A stretch of DNA of 64,000 bases from Candidatus Stygibacter australis. Lineage in GTDB: Bacteria; Cloacimonadota; Cloacimonadia; Cloacimonadales; TCS61. The position numbers were made by a program, and so were the translations under genes. Location of the stretch: positions 2,310-66,309 of the forward strand of contig JAVCDJ010000042.1 in the NCBI GenBank assembly GCA_030765845.1, in the 5' to 3' direction. Each line of letters begins with the position of its first letter. The stretch's first letter is position 1. Shown piece by piece: positions 40,741 through 49,314 of the stretch. The notes beneath the pieces were generated by a model. It saw only the letters and a program-made list of their open reading frames with translations. It was not told where the DNA came from and ran no database searches.

Positions 40741-41487
40741 TCAGTTTTTATCCTGTTTCCATTCCAGTCTCAAAAGAAAAAGTTCCTTATCATCTCTTTT
40801 TACATTATGCTCAAAGATCAGGTTTTCCTTTTGATATGTAACTATAGTCAGATCATCTCCAAAATTTGCTTCCAAGGCAAATTGCTGCTCAATCCTGTGA
40901 AGCCGGTGATCATTATAAAATTCCAGAGAATAGCTATTCAGGCACCACTGCGGATAGCAGGAATTATTTACGTGGTAATTTACATCAATATCAGTCAGGT
41001 TTACCCGTGTTTCTGCTATTGAATCTGCTTCGCAGGCAGCTTTCATCTTTTCTTTTATCTTCTCAGGAAAAAGTATCGGCATATCAATATTATAATTGTT
41101 TTGATAATATTTTGATGTCCGCACCGGTCGTCTTGTTAATAGATCTATCACCAGCCAGGAGGTGGATACCTTTCCCAGTATTTCCTCTCCTATGTATATC
41201 TCAAATTCCCGATAACAAAATAGCTTATCCGCTTGTGAGGGCCACGTTTTGATCGATATAGTATCTCCCCAGGATGCCCATTTGTCCATTTCTATATATT
41301 GCTTATATAATACCCAGGTCAGATTATTCTCTTTCATTTTCTCATAGCCCAGTTCCATATCCTCAGAATTCAGCCAGGCTGTCTCCTGCAAAAATCTGGT
41401 TAATACTGGAAGACTTAGTTTGCCCTTCAGATCACAATCATAAGAATGGATCTTATACTCATCTATCCGCCCAAATTTCATAAACAC
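40741..41487 (-). CDS. Acyl-ACP thioesterase family protein
   Basis: Double hot-dog organisation. The N-terminal segment YKIHSYDCDLKGKLSLPVLTRFLQETAWLNSEDMELGY and the second-half DVNYHVNNSCYPQW are typical of FatA/B-like thioesterases. Confidence 0.72.
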   Translation of the reverse strand: MFMKFGRIDEYKIHSYDCDLKGKLSLPVLTRFLQETAWLNSEDMELGYEKMKENNLTWVLYKQYIEMDKWASWGDTISIKTWPSQADKLFCYREFEIYIGEEILGKVSTSWLVIDLLTRRPVRTSKYYQNNYNIDMPILFPEKIKEKMKAACEADSIAETRVNLTDIDVNYHVNNSCYPQWCLNSYSLEFYNDHRLHRIEQQFALEANFGDDLTIVTYQKENLIFEHNVKRDDKELFLLRLEWKQDKN

Positions 41488-41627
41488 CTCATCTTTTTCT
41501 ATTAAGGTCTAATTTTCATAAATAACCAAATAAGTCAATAATCTAAAATTGTATCTGCCTAAAAATATATCTTGACTTATATTTAGAACAGGAAAAGTAT
41601 TTTTTTATCTAATTTCTGGAGGAATAA

Positions 41628-43088
41628 ATGAAATACATAGGGCTTATATATATTACTTTCATATTAACATTATCTTTATCGGCTGATTGGTCAATTGATC
41701 AGAGAGTATTTAACGAAGATGGTTCAATTGATTATTTTGGGCATTCTGTCTCAATTTCCGAAGATTTTGCTATAGTTGGCTCATACTCAAATGAAGCTTA
41801 TTTATACCAAAAAACTGATGATCAATGGATCCAGGAACAGATCATCACCCCTTCAGACAGTACAATGTTCTTTGGCTCATCTGTTTTCATAAATGGAGAT
41901 TACATGATCATTGCTGATGATCAGGGTTATAGTAATTCCTCCGGTTCAGCATATATTTATCACTATGACGGAGAAAACTGGCTGGAAATGGATATAATAA
42001 CTGCCTTAGGTTCACCAATATGTGACCAGTATGGCAATTCCGCAGGTATTTCGCAGGATGGTGAATACGCTGTTGTGGGTGCTCCTAATGATGACGAAAA
42101 TGCTGAATCTGCCGGCGCTGCCTATCTTTATCAACGCTCAGAATCTGAATGGATACTACTATCTAAAATAATAGCTGATGATGGAGAATTAGGCGAGTCC
42201 TTTGGCTGGTCAACTTATATTACCTATAATTTCCTCTTTATTTCTGCTTCGCATGATGATGATAATGGTGATGATTCCGGTTCCATCTATATTTATGAAA
42301 ATAATGGTACCCAATGGTTATTTCACTCCAAACTGATCGCCTCCCATGATACCTCATCAGATAAGTTTGGCTATTCAATTTCTGTAAGCGATAATTTATT
42401 AATTGCTGGAACTTACTGTTATGATCAGGGCGAAGCCTTCATCTTTAATTATGATGGCTCAGCCTGGAATGAAGAAGCTATATTAACTGCCAGTGATGGC
42501 TTCTATTATGATCACTTTGGTTGCTCAGTTTCAATTTCTGGTGATTATGCCGTTATTGGTGCCTGTGATCGTCCAGATGTTGCCTGTTCAGCTTCTGCCT
42601 ACTTCTTCAACAGACAGAATGCAGAATGGGTTGAGCAAAATAAGATCATCAATGAAAACTGGGGTGGTTTCGGCTGTGCAGTTTCACTCTCTGGAACTAA
42701 TGCCATAGTTGGCTCAGAATATGATTATACTACAGAAGATTACATAGGTGCTGCTTATCTAATTTCTTATAATGCCACTTCATCAAACCCGGAATCTATC
42801 ACTGATCCGATCTGCAATATGATCAATAATTTCCCCAATCCCTTCAATCCCTCCACCACGATATCTTTCTCACTACAAAATGATGCCAATATAGATATCA
42901 CCATCTTCAACCTTAAAGGACAAATAATCAAAACCTTAGCCCACGAAAACTTTTCAAAAGGCAGCCACTCCCTCTTCTGGAACGGCAAAGATAACTCAGA
43001 AACCCCGGTCAGCTCAGGCATCTATTTCTACAAACTAAATATCAATGGCAATACTTCCCTAACAAAAAAAGGCCTCCTGCTGAAATAG
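41628..43088 (+). CDS. FG-GAP-like beta-propeller repeat protein with T9SS-type CTD
   Basis: Seven or more repeats of FG.SVSISGDYA.VGA type (YFGHSVSISEDFAIVGS, HFGCSVSISGDYAVIGA, and others). CTD FPNPFNPSTTISF..IFNLKGQIIK..SGIYFYKLN..GLLLK. Confidence 0.75.
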   Translation: MKYIGLIYITFILTLSLSADWSIDQRVFNEDGSIDYFGHSVSISEDFAIVGSYSNEAYLYQKTDDQWIQEQIITPSDSTMFFGSSVFINGDYMIIADDQGYSNSSGSAYIYHYDGENWLEMDIITALGSPICDQYGNSAGISQDGEYAVVGAPNDDENAESAGAAYLYQRSESEWILLSKIIADDGELGESFGWSTYITYNFLFISASHDDDNGDDSGSIYIYENNGTQWLFHSKLIASHDTSSDKFGYSISVSDNLLIAGTYCYDQGEAFIFNYDGSAWNEEAILTASDGFYYDHFGCSVSISGDYAVIGACDRPDVACSASAYFFNRQNAEWVEQNKIINENWGGFGCAVSLSGTNAIVGSEYDYTTEDYIGAAYLISYNATSSNPESITDPICNMINNFPNPFNPSTTISFSLQNDANIDITIFNLKGQIIKTLAHENFSKGSHSLFWNGKDNSETPVSSGIYFYKLNINGNTSLTKKGLLLK

Positions 43089-43294
43089 TAGTATATATTT
43101 GATTGGATGACCAGCAATTTGGTGGTAGTTATTGGTTACTAAGGGTGAACTAGTAGCGTAGTCAGGATTGAATTATGGTGATATTCAGAAATTCACTATG
43201 TCCTCTAAGTCCGCTATGTTCATAAAAAAACAGTTTTCCCAGGTCATTCAAAACCCCTGCCCCGATGTTTTCCTGAAGTACCGGAATAAACCTA

Positions 43295-46138
43295 TTATTT
43301 CAGCAAGAGTATCTTACTTGTAGCCGTCTGCTTACCTGCCTTGATCCGGCAGAAATATACACCTGTCGCACAAGAGATATTTTGTGAATCTTTCCCATCC
43401 CAGACAACAGAATTTATTTTACTTTTTACATTTTCAATTTTCCATTCGCGAATGCGTTGCCCTTTTGTATTGTATATGCTAATCTCTGTGTTCTCTGTGC
43501 CCTCTGTGGTAAAAAAAGAAATTGTCGTCTGCGGATTGAAAGGGTTTGGGTAACAACTGATGGAAATAGATGCGGGAGCAAGTTCAATAACATCTGAACC
43601 ATCATCATAGGGTTCAATATAAGTTCGCAGCATCATGTTGCCATCAGTGATTTCTTCCCAGATATGCTCTTGTCCGGTTGTCATCCAGCTATTTCCAGCA
43701 GTATCGGTATCTTTGCCTATCGCAGCCAGGCATGCCATCTCAAAAATTGAAATGAAGAAACATTCACTCGTGGAGTCTGGAATAGAAATATAGGGAATCT
43801 CAATCATATTCCAACCTACATGCAGGTTATCCGGTGTTACATTGAATTGACCTAACATTTCGCCTGGAAGCCCGGTACTGCCCTCCAGAATTCTGAATAC
43901 TAATTGACCAGAATTAAGAGTTTCAATATATATATTTAGATGCGTTAAAATTCTTATATAATTACATGGTGGTGTGAATTTTACTGCCATATACTGGGCA
44001 ATTCCCACGTTTAATCCTGCTTCGCATGATCCGTCATCATAAGCCAGTTCCATCATTTCATCATCAAATATATAAGCTCTCGCCTCATTGCTGAAAGCTC
44101 CATCTAAGCTATCATATATAGCCGTGACCACATAATAATTCCAGGACGCAGCAACAGGATCTTCATCAAGAAAATATGGGGTATCTATCACCTCACAAAA
44201 CCCAATATTCTGATAATTCATCCCACTTTCAGTTGATCTCCAGACAGTATACCCGTTAATTTCACGTTCACGACTGCCTGCAGTGAATCGGGGTAAAAGG
44301 CGGTCTCCACCATCTACATAGGCATGAATATTCCAGTTGTAATTCAAACCTAAACCAGCCATTGATTGCCATGCACCAGGAGATAAGGCAACCCAGTCAC
44401 CCTTTTCAACGATAGCAGGTCCGGCATCCACACCACAACAAAACTGACCAGCAGTTTGAGTAACTTCATAACCAAGCCAGTATTCTGTTTCACTTTCAAT
44501 AGTTACTGGAGTATCAAGATCAATAATAACCCAGTCCATACCAGTAGCAGTAAATGTCTGTGAAAGAATTTCTATAGCAGCATTTGGACCTGACCATACA
44601 TGAAGGATCATGCTTGAAGGTAAATCATTAATATATAATTCAACCTGAGTGATCTCTCCACCAACATAAGGCATCATATCGACTGGATCAAAGCTTGCAG
44701 CAGTGTACATAGTTCCACCAATAGAGAGACCAATAGCGTCATCATTAACACCATTATCCCATTGAATCCAACCTTCACTTCCTCCTTCACTGAGGGCATC
44801 CCAGCTTAATTCCACCTGATTCTCATCATTTGTCACTGCGATCAGGTTTCTTGGTGCTGGTCCAGAATACATTTCCTGCTGGACAATAAAATCATCTATT
44901 CTAAATCCACCGGGAACAACTTCATCAGAAGCATTTGAATGCAGTCCAAAGCGTAACTTCACGTTTCGTCCGGCATAATCAGATATATTGCTGTATTGAG
45001 TACTCCAATGCTCAGTAAAGGGCAGCCAGGTTTCTGTATTTCCTGTGAAAACATGGGGTCCCGGATATGAGATCATGAACCAGGTAGACCAGTTCCCTGA
45101 AGTTAACTGGAAACTTTTTTCCACAACTAAATAGTCACATTCTGGAAACGTACTGTCATCATCAATCATCACCTTTACATCTACATCCCAGAAGAAATTT
45201 CCACCAGCAGGCAAATAGAATTCCGGAGTAGCGATATAATTATCCATCCCCGGCAGGTAAGTATCGGTTTCATCATCAAAACAGCCCATGGCATGAGTGG
45301 GACTGGGAGCTTCGCTGTCTTCATAAATATGCCAGAGATTTCCTGTACTGGTTACGCCATATCCGGCAACCATTTCACTATCTCCGGAAGCTCCATCTCC
45401 ATTGGATTCAAAAATCCCCGTAGAAGTATCAATTGCTATGTCATCAAGCCTGAATCCGAACATACTGGCATCATCTCCCGTATTATAGGCTGGATCTGAG
45501 GCAAAGGCAAAACGTATTTTCACACTTTCTCCCGCATAAGCTGCTAAGCTAAACACTGCTTCTGTCCAGTTTACCCACTCCGTAGTGCTGCCCCAGCCGG
45601 GAATGCCTTGACCTTCACCAAATTCATAACCATATGAATAAAAACTTTCTGCATTATATTCCGGTGTACCAGACAGAACTGACCAGCTTTCTCCTCCATC
45701 GGTTGAGATTCGGATATTCGCGCCATCCCAGGCATCATAAGGAGGGTCTCCCCCAACATCTTCACAGCATAAGCTGAACCAGAAATGCAATTCCGGATTT
45801 TCATCTGCCAGCACTAATTCTGGGGTATCTAAAACCAGATAGCGACTATCAGTATAACCACCCAGCTCTTCGTCACCCATCCACCAGGAATTGCCCTCAT
45901 AAGCTCCGGTCGTACTTAAATGCCAGTATTCTATCCAGTCCGATATTCCGGTCTCATCAAAAGTCTCCCAGTCTTCTGCTCCGTTCTCAAAATCTTCACT
46001 AATAATCGTAATAAAATCCCGCGATACATTATACTTACTATGCAGCTGATTTCTTTTTGCCAATTCCAATTCAGTTCCCATCCCGGCAAAAAGAATAACT
46101 GAAAGAATTATTACCAGTATTACAACATAAATTTTCAT
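43295..46138 (-). CDS. Large secreted protein (MAM/choice-of-anchor-J-like beta-sandwich modules) with T9SS-type CTD
   Basis: ATG 46138 follows a GAGG RBS and gives the signal peptide MKIYVVILVIILSVILFAG. Repeated W-rich jelly-roll-like modules (FENGAEDWETFDETG..; GANIRISTDGGESW). CTD YPNPFNPQTTISFFTTEGTENTEISIYNTKGQRIR..VVWDGKD..GVYFCRIKAG..ILLLK. Confidence 0.7.
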   Translation of the reverse strand: MKIYVVILVIILSVILFAGMGTELELAKRNQLHSKYNVSRDFITIISEDFENGAEDWETFDETGISDWIEYWHLSTTGAYEGNSWWMGDEELGGYTDSRYLVLDTPELVLADENPELHFWFSLCCEDVGGDPPYDAWDGANIRISTDGGESWSVLSGTPEYNAESFYSYGYEFGEGQGIPGWGSTTEWVNWTEAVFSLAAYAGESVKIRFAFASDPAYNTGDDASMFGFRLDDIAIDTSTGIFESNGDGASGDSEMVAGYGVTSTGNLWHIYEDSEAPSPTHAMGCFDDETDTYLPGMDNYIATPEFYLPAGGNFFWDVDVKVMIDDDSTFPECDYLVVEKSFQLTSGNWSTWFMISYPGPHVFTGNTETWLPFTEHWSTQYSNISDYAGRNVKLRFGLHSNASDEVVPGGFRIDDFIVQQEMYSGPAPRNLIAVTNDENQVELSWDALSEGGSEGWIQWDNGVNDDAIGLSIGGTMYTAASFDPVDMMPYVGGEITQVELYINDLPSSMILHVWSGPNAAIEILSQTFTATGMDWVIIDLDTPVTIESETEYWLGYEVTQTAGQFCCGVDAGPAIVEKGDWVALSPGAWQSMAGLGLNYNWNIHAYVDGGDRLLPRFTAGSREREINGYTVWRSTESGMNYQNIGFCEVIDTPYFLDEDPVAASWNYYVVTAIYDSLDGAFSNEARAYIFDDEMMELAYDDGSCEAGLNVGIAQYMAVKFTPPCNYIRILTHLNIYIETLNSGQLVFRILEGSTGLPGEMLGQFNVTPDNLHVGWNMIEIPYISIPDSTSECFFISIFEMACLAAIGKDTDTAGNSWMTTGQEHIWEEITDGNMMLRTYIEPYDDGSDVIELAPASISISCYPNPFNPQTTISFFTTEGTENTEISIYNTKGQRIREWKIENVKSKINSVVWDGKDSQNISCATGVYFCRIKAGKQTATSKILLLK

Positions 46139-46226
46139 AATAACCTCTCTAAATAGCACAAATACTAACTTTTTTTATCCAAAGCAAGATATCATTATTC
46201 TTTGATCTTTTGTCAAATTAATTTTT

Positions 46227-46467
46227 GCTTGATCCTTCTCAATGTAGGTCAATCGTCCCTGATTGACTGATTTAAAACGAACTTAATCAAGGACGATTAA
46301 GCTACAAACAGCACAATTCTCCCCCAGCTAGCAGAAGTTTTGAACGGTACTCCGGGCAAGACTTCTGGCGATCAGTTACTGCCCCCAGCTTGATCCTTCT
46401 CAACGTAGGTCAATCATCCCCGACTGACTGATTTAAAACGAACTTAATCAAGGACGATTAAGCTACA
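46227..46467. repeat. Two 80-bp direct repeats (46227-46306 and 46388-46467) separated by an 81-bp GC-richer spacer
   Basis: The copies differ at 4 of 80 positions. Each holds hairpins gtcaatc-N6-gattgac and cttaatc-N6-gattaag plus a competing long-range pairing tcaatcgtcc/ggacgattaa. cccccagct occurs just after repeat 1 and overlapping the 5' end of repeat 2. Confidence 0.8.
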
Positions 46468-46549
46468 TAAGAAATTGAAGAAGTCCAGAAAATTTGGAAA
46501 GCGTCACAATGATCAGGCAGAATTGCAATATACTACAACATTACATTTT

Positions 46550-46629
46550 TTCGTGCCATTTCGCGGCATTAGTGGTTGATAAATTTCTTTCTTTTTTTTT
46601 GAACCACGAAAACCACGAACTGACACGAA
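46550..46629. repeat. Iteron-like imperfect inverted repeat built from TTCGTGG/CCACGAA units
   Basis: Arms at 46550-46578 and 46601-46629 pair at 22 of 29 positions around a 22-nt T-rich spacer. CCACGAA at 46604, 46613 and (C)ACGAA at 46624, giving 9-11 nt periodicity. Confidence 0.65.
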
Positions 46630-46700
46630 AATAGGAAAAAGCAGGTTAATTATTTTCTAAACTCGATTTCCTCAGGTTATAAAGATGTTGACGGTAATCA

Positions 46701-47033
46701 GTAATTTTTGGTTTTTTTCAAGTAGATCGTTCAGTGATCAGTAAGCATCTTAAAAATATTTTTAACAGCAAAAAATTAAACAAAGAATCAGTATGTGCAA
46801 AAATTGCACATACTGCAACTGACAATAAGGTATATACTTCTGAGTTTTATAATCTTGATGCCATTATTGCTGTTGGTTACCGGGTAAACTCACATGAAGT
46901 TACAAAATTTCGCAAATGGGCTACCCAGATTTTACGTAGTTACATTATAAAAGGGTTTGCTCTTGATGATGAATTACTAAAAAACGGCAGAAATTTCGGT
47001 AAATATTATAAACCAAAATATTTTACATCGTAG
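46701..47033 (+). pseudogene. Remnant of a RhuM-family gene, truncated at both ends
   Basis: FFQVDRSVISKHLKNIF..SVCAKIAHTATDNKVYTSEFYNLDAIIAVGYRVNSHEVTKFRKWATQILRSYIIKGFALDDELLKNG matches the conserved N-terminal third of RhuM-like proteins. A stop sits just upstream of the homology, and the ORF ends after about 100 aa where about 330 aa is expected. Confidence 0.7.
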
Positions 47034-47134
47034 ATGTTATCTATTTGTAGCAATAATGATGACACTATTATCCACCTTTTGCAATAGACTTACAATAAAT
47101 TATGGAATCAATAAGAAGTATCGAAAATAATACA

Positions 47135-47174
47135 CCAAAAAAGCACTAAGGACTCATCAAAAGTCCTTAGTGCT
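47135..47174 (-). terminator. Rho-independent terminator of the small minus-strand gene (bidirectional hairpin)
   Basis: 13-bp perfect stem agcactaaggact / agtccttagtgct (47142-47154/47162-47174), followed on the minus strand by TTTTTT. Confidence 0.8.
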
Positions 47175-47204
47175 GAATAGATTAACTATTACTTTTTGCC
47201 GGTT

Positions 47205-47465
47205 TTATTCGCTTTCAGGAGGTATTATGTAATAATCACCATCGATTTCTACAATAACCCATCCATCATCAGTGACAGCTATAAATATATAATTTGTATC
47301 TTCCAGACTTTCAAGTGAAAGTACTCCGACACATTGAGCTACCAGATCTTTTATTTCCTGTTCAGTTTTATTACTTGACGGGTTATTATCCACAGATATT
47401 ATTGGTGCAGCGATGGCAGATAACGTGATAATAAGGGCTATGAATACAGTTATGAGTTTTTTCAT
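47205..47465 (-). CDS. Small secreted protein, hypothetical
   Basis: 86 aa with signal peptide MKKLITVFIALIITLSAIAA. Has its own terminator. Divergent from the sigma-factor gene. Confidence 0.5.
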   Translation of the reverse strand: MKKLITVFIALIITLSAIAAPIISVDNNPSSNKTEQEIKDLVAQCVGVLSLESLEDTNYIFIAVTDDGWVIVEIDGDYYIIPPESE

Positions 47466-47588
47466 CTTGATCTCCTTAAACTAAATTTTCTTCTCTCTAT
47501 ATATATAGTCCAGAGAAAAGGCAAAGTGTGACAACACCACGCCAAAAAAATTATATTTTTGTCATTTTTTTTAAAAAAGGTGGATTTT

Positions 47589-48524
47589 ATGGATTTTAGT
47601 GATTCTTTTGTTCAGCAGCAATATCAGGCTGCATATAACTTTGCTTTATATAAGCTGGGCAACAGTGGTCATGCAGAAGATGTAGCGGCACAAACAGTTA
47701 ACTTATTTGTTTTAAAGAGTGGTACTATTAGTCCTGATAAATTTAGTTCCTGGATCCGTTCGACTTGCCTTAATTATTGTCGAAAATATTATGATAATAA
47801 AAAAAGAGACAATTTTTTACAAAAGGGGCTTCGTGACAACCTGGTAGATTTTTTTGGAGTGGAGCATGATAGTGATTTAACTTCGAGTTTCCGGAAATCG
47901 ATGGAAGATCTGGATGAGTTGGAAACGCGTTCATTAGTACTTTATTTTAATTGCGGCCAGAACATCAAGAAGATGTCGGAGGTGACTGGTGAAAGCCATG
48001 CCAGTCTCAGGAAACGAATATCCCGCATTAAGATGAAATTAAAAGCCGAGACCTATAAGAATCTAGGTTATATAGCAACTAAGAAAATAGTAGTACCTAA
48101 ATTACATGAAGCTATCATCCAGTTTGTGCGCCGGCTTAAAAAAAATATTGATGAAAATACCATAGATAAGATGTTTTATTACTTTTCGGAATCCAACACG
48201 CAGAATTATCAACCGAATTTTGATATTGATAAGATCAAAGACTATGAAGTTATCCTGTGTGATGGCAAATATAAGATCTATCTTTTTTATCTTGATTCAC
48301 AGCAGCAGATGAATAATATCACATTTTCTTTTTTCCTGAATGAAAAAAATCAGTTGAAAATCTCCGGGCTGCCTAAACAGCAGAGGAAAATAGCAAAATT
48401 GGCAAAAAACTCAGAGGCTGCCAGGGAATTATCATCACTTATGAAAAGTTTTCCAGAAGATCGTCAGGGATTGATAAAGATACCTCCTGAGATAATGATG
48501 AAATTAACGGAAAAAGTTGGATAG
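47589..48524 (+). CDS. Sigma-70 family (ECF-like) sigma factor with ~150-aa C-terminal extension
   Basis: ATG 47589 follows the RBS aaggtgg. Region-2-like HAEDVAAQTVNLF..WIRSTCLNYCRKYY and region-4 HTH LSEVTGESHASLRKRISRIKMKLK-type segment. Residues from about 175 to 311 match nothing I recognise. Confidence 0.68.
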   Translation: MDFSDSFVQQQYQAAYNFALYKLGNSGHAEDVAAQTVNLFVLKSGTISPDKFSSWIRSTCLNYCRKYYDNKKRDNFLQKGLRDNLVDFFGVEHDSDLTSSFRKSMEDLDELETRSLVLYFNCGQNIKKMSEVTGESHASLRKRISRIKMKLKAETYKNLGYIATKKIVVPKLHEAIIQFVRRLKKNIDENTIDKMFYYFSESNTQNYQPNFDIDKIKDYEVILCDGKYKIYLFYLDSQQQMNNITFSFFLNEKNQLKISGLPKQQRKIAKLAKNSEAARELSSLMKSFPEDRQGLIKIPPEIMMKLTEKVG

Positions 48525-48864
48525 ATTATTCTCCAGTCTCTTTTAATCTAACAAGTTACTTTAATAATATAATAATACTGTTTATCAATTACATGCTTAA
48601 ACTTTGCCTGGTTATATCCAGATTCTGTATGGCTTGATAAAAATGAGATATTGTGATTGTCATATCGGCTGAATACTGGTAAATAAAACAGATATAAATC
48701 ATAACGTTATACCATATATAAATCTGTAACTACCAATGAAAATTCACAAATATTAATTAGTAAAAAAACCAGTTGACAATTATAAAAATAATATAAATAT
48801 TGACTTAGGTAAGATATTTAATCAGTTGAAAGATAAAAATTAGCAATTAAATGAAGGAGTGAAC

Positions 48865-49314
48865 ATGATTGAGATAATTACTATAAGTTCTTATGCGGAA
48901 TTTGAAGGAAATATCAGTTCAGAGAATTTAATAGATTTTTTATATCAGCATCTGGATAATTTTGGAGATAGTAAAGAGGCTATTTCAGAATGTCTTGATT
49001 ATGCGATGAGTGATGAGGAAGCCAGAGGCGGATATGTGCTTCTGGTAATAGATGCTGAGAGGATAGTTGGAGCAGTGATCATGATCAGAACGGGAATGAA
49101 GTATTATATACCGGAATATTTTCTGGTTTATATTGCCGTCCATCATGATTTTCGAAATCAAGGTCTTGGAGGGAAACTCGTATCCAGAGTATTTGAGCTG
49201 ACAGAAGGGGATATTGCTCTTCACGTGGAATATGAGAATCCAGCTAAGCGGTTATATGAGCGAGTGGGATTTAAATCCAAGTATGCAGAGATGCGTTATC
49301 ATAAGGAAGAATGA
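48865..49314 (+). CDS. GNAT-family N-acetyltransferase
   Basis: ATG 48865 lies 5 nt after the RBS GAAGGAG. Acetyl-CoA motif FRNQGLGGKLV. Confidence 0.8.
   Translation: MIEIITISSYAEFEGNISSENLIDFLYQHLDNFGDSKEAISECLDYAMSDEEARGGYVLLVIDAERIVGAVIMIRTGMKYYIPEYFLVYIAVHHDFRNQGLGGKLVSRVFELTEGDIALHVEYENPAKRLYERVGFKSKYAEMRYHKEE

Noticed and set aside
46227-46467. The 80-bp direct repeats as a CRISPR array.
   Set aside because: There are only two copies, the repeat is far longer than CRISPR repeats, the spacer equals the repeat in length, and the window has no cas genes.
46734-47033. The 99-aa ORF as an intact small gene.
   Set aside because: Its homology to RhuM-type proteins continues upstream of the ATG into a stop-bounded frame, and the ORF ends at about one third of the expected family length. 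It is called a pseudogene remnant instead.
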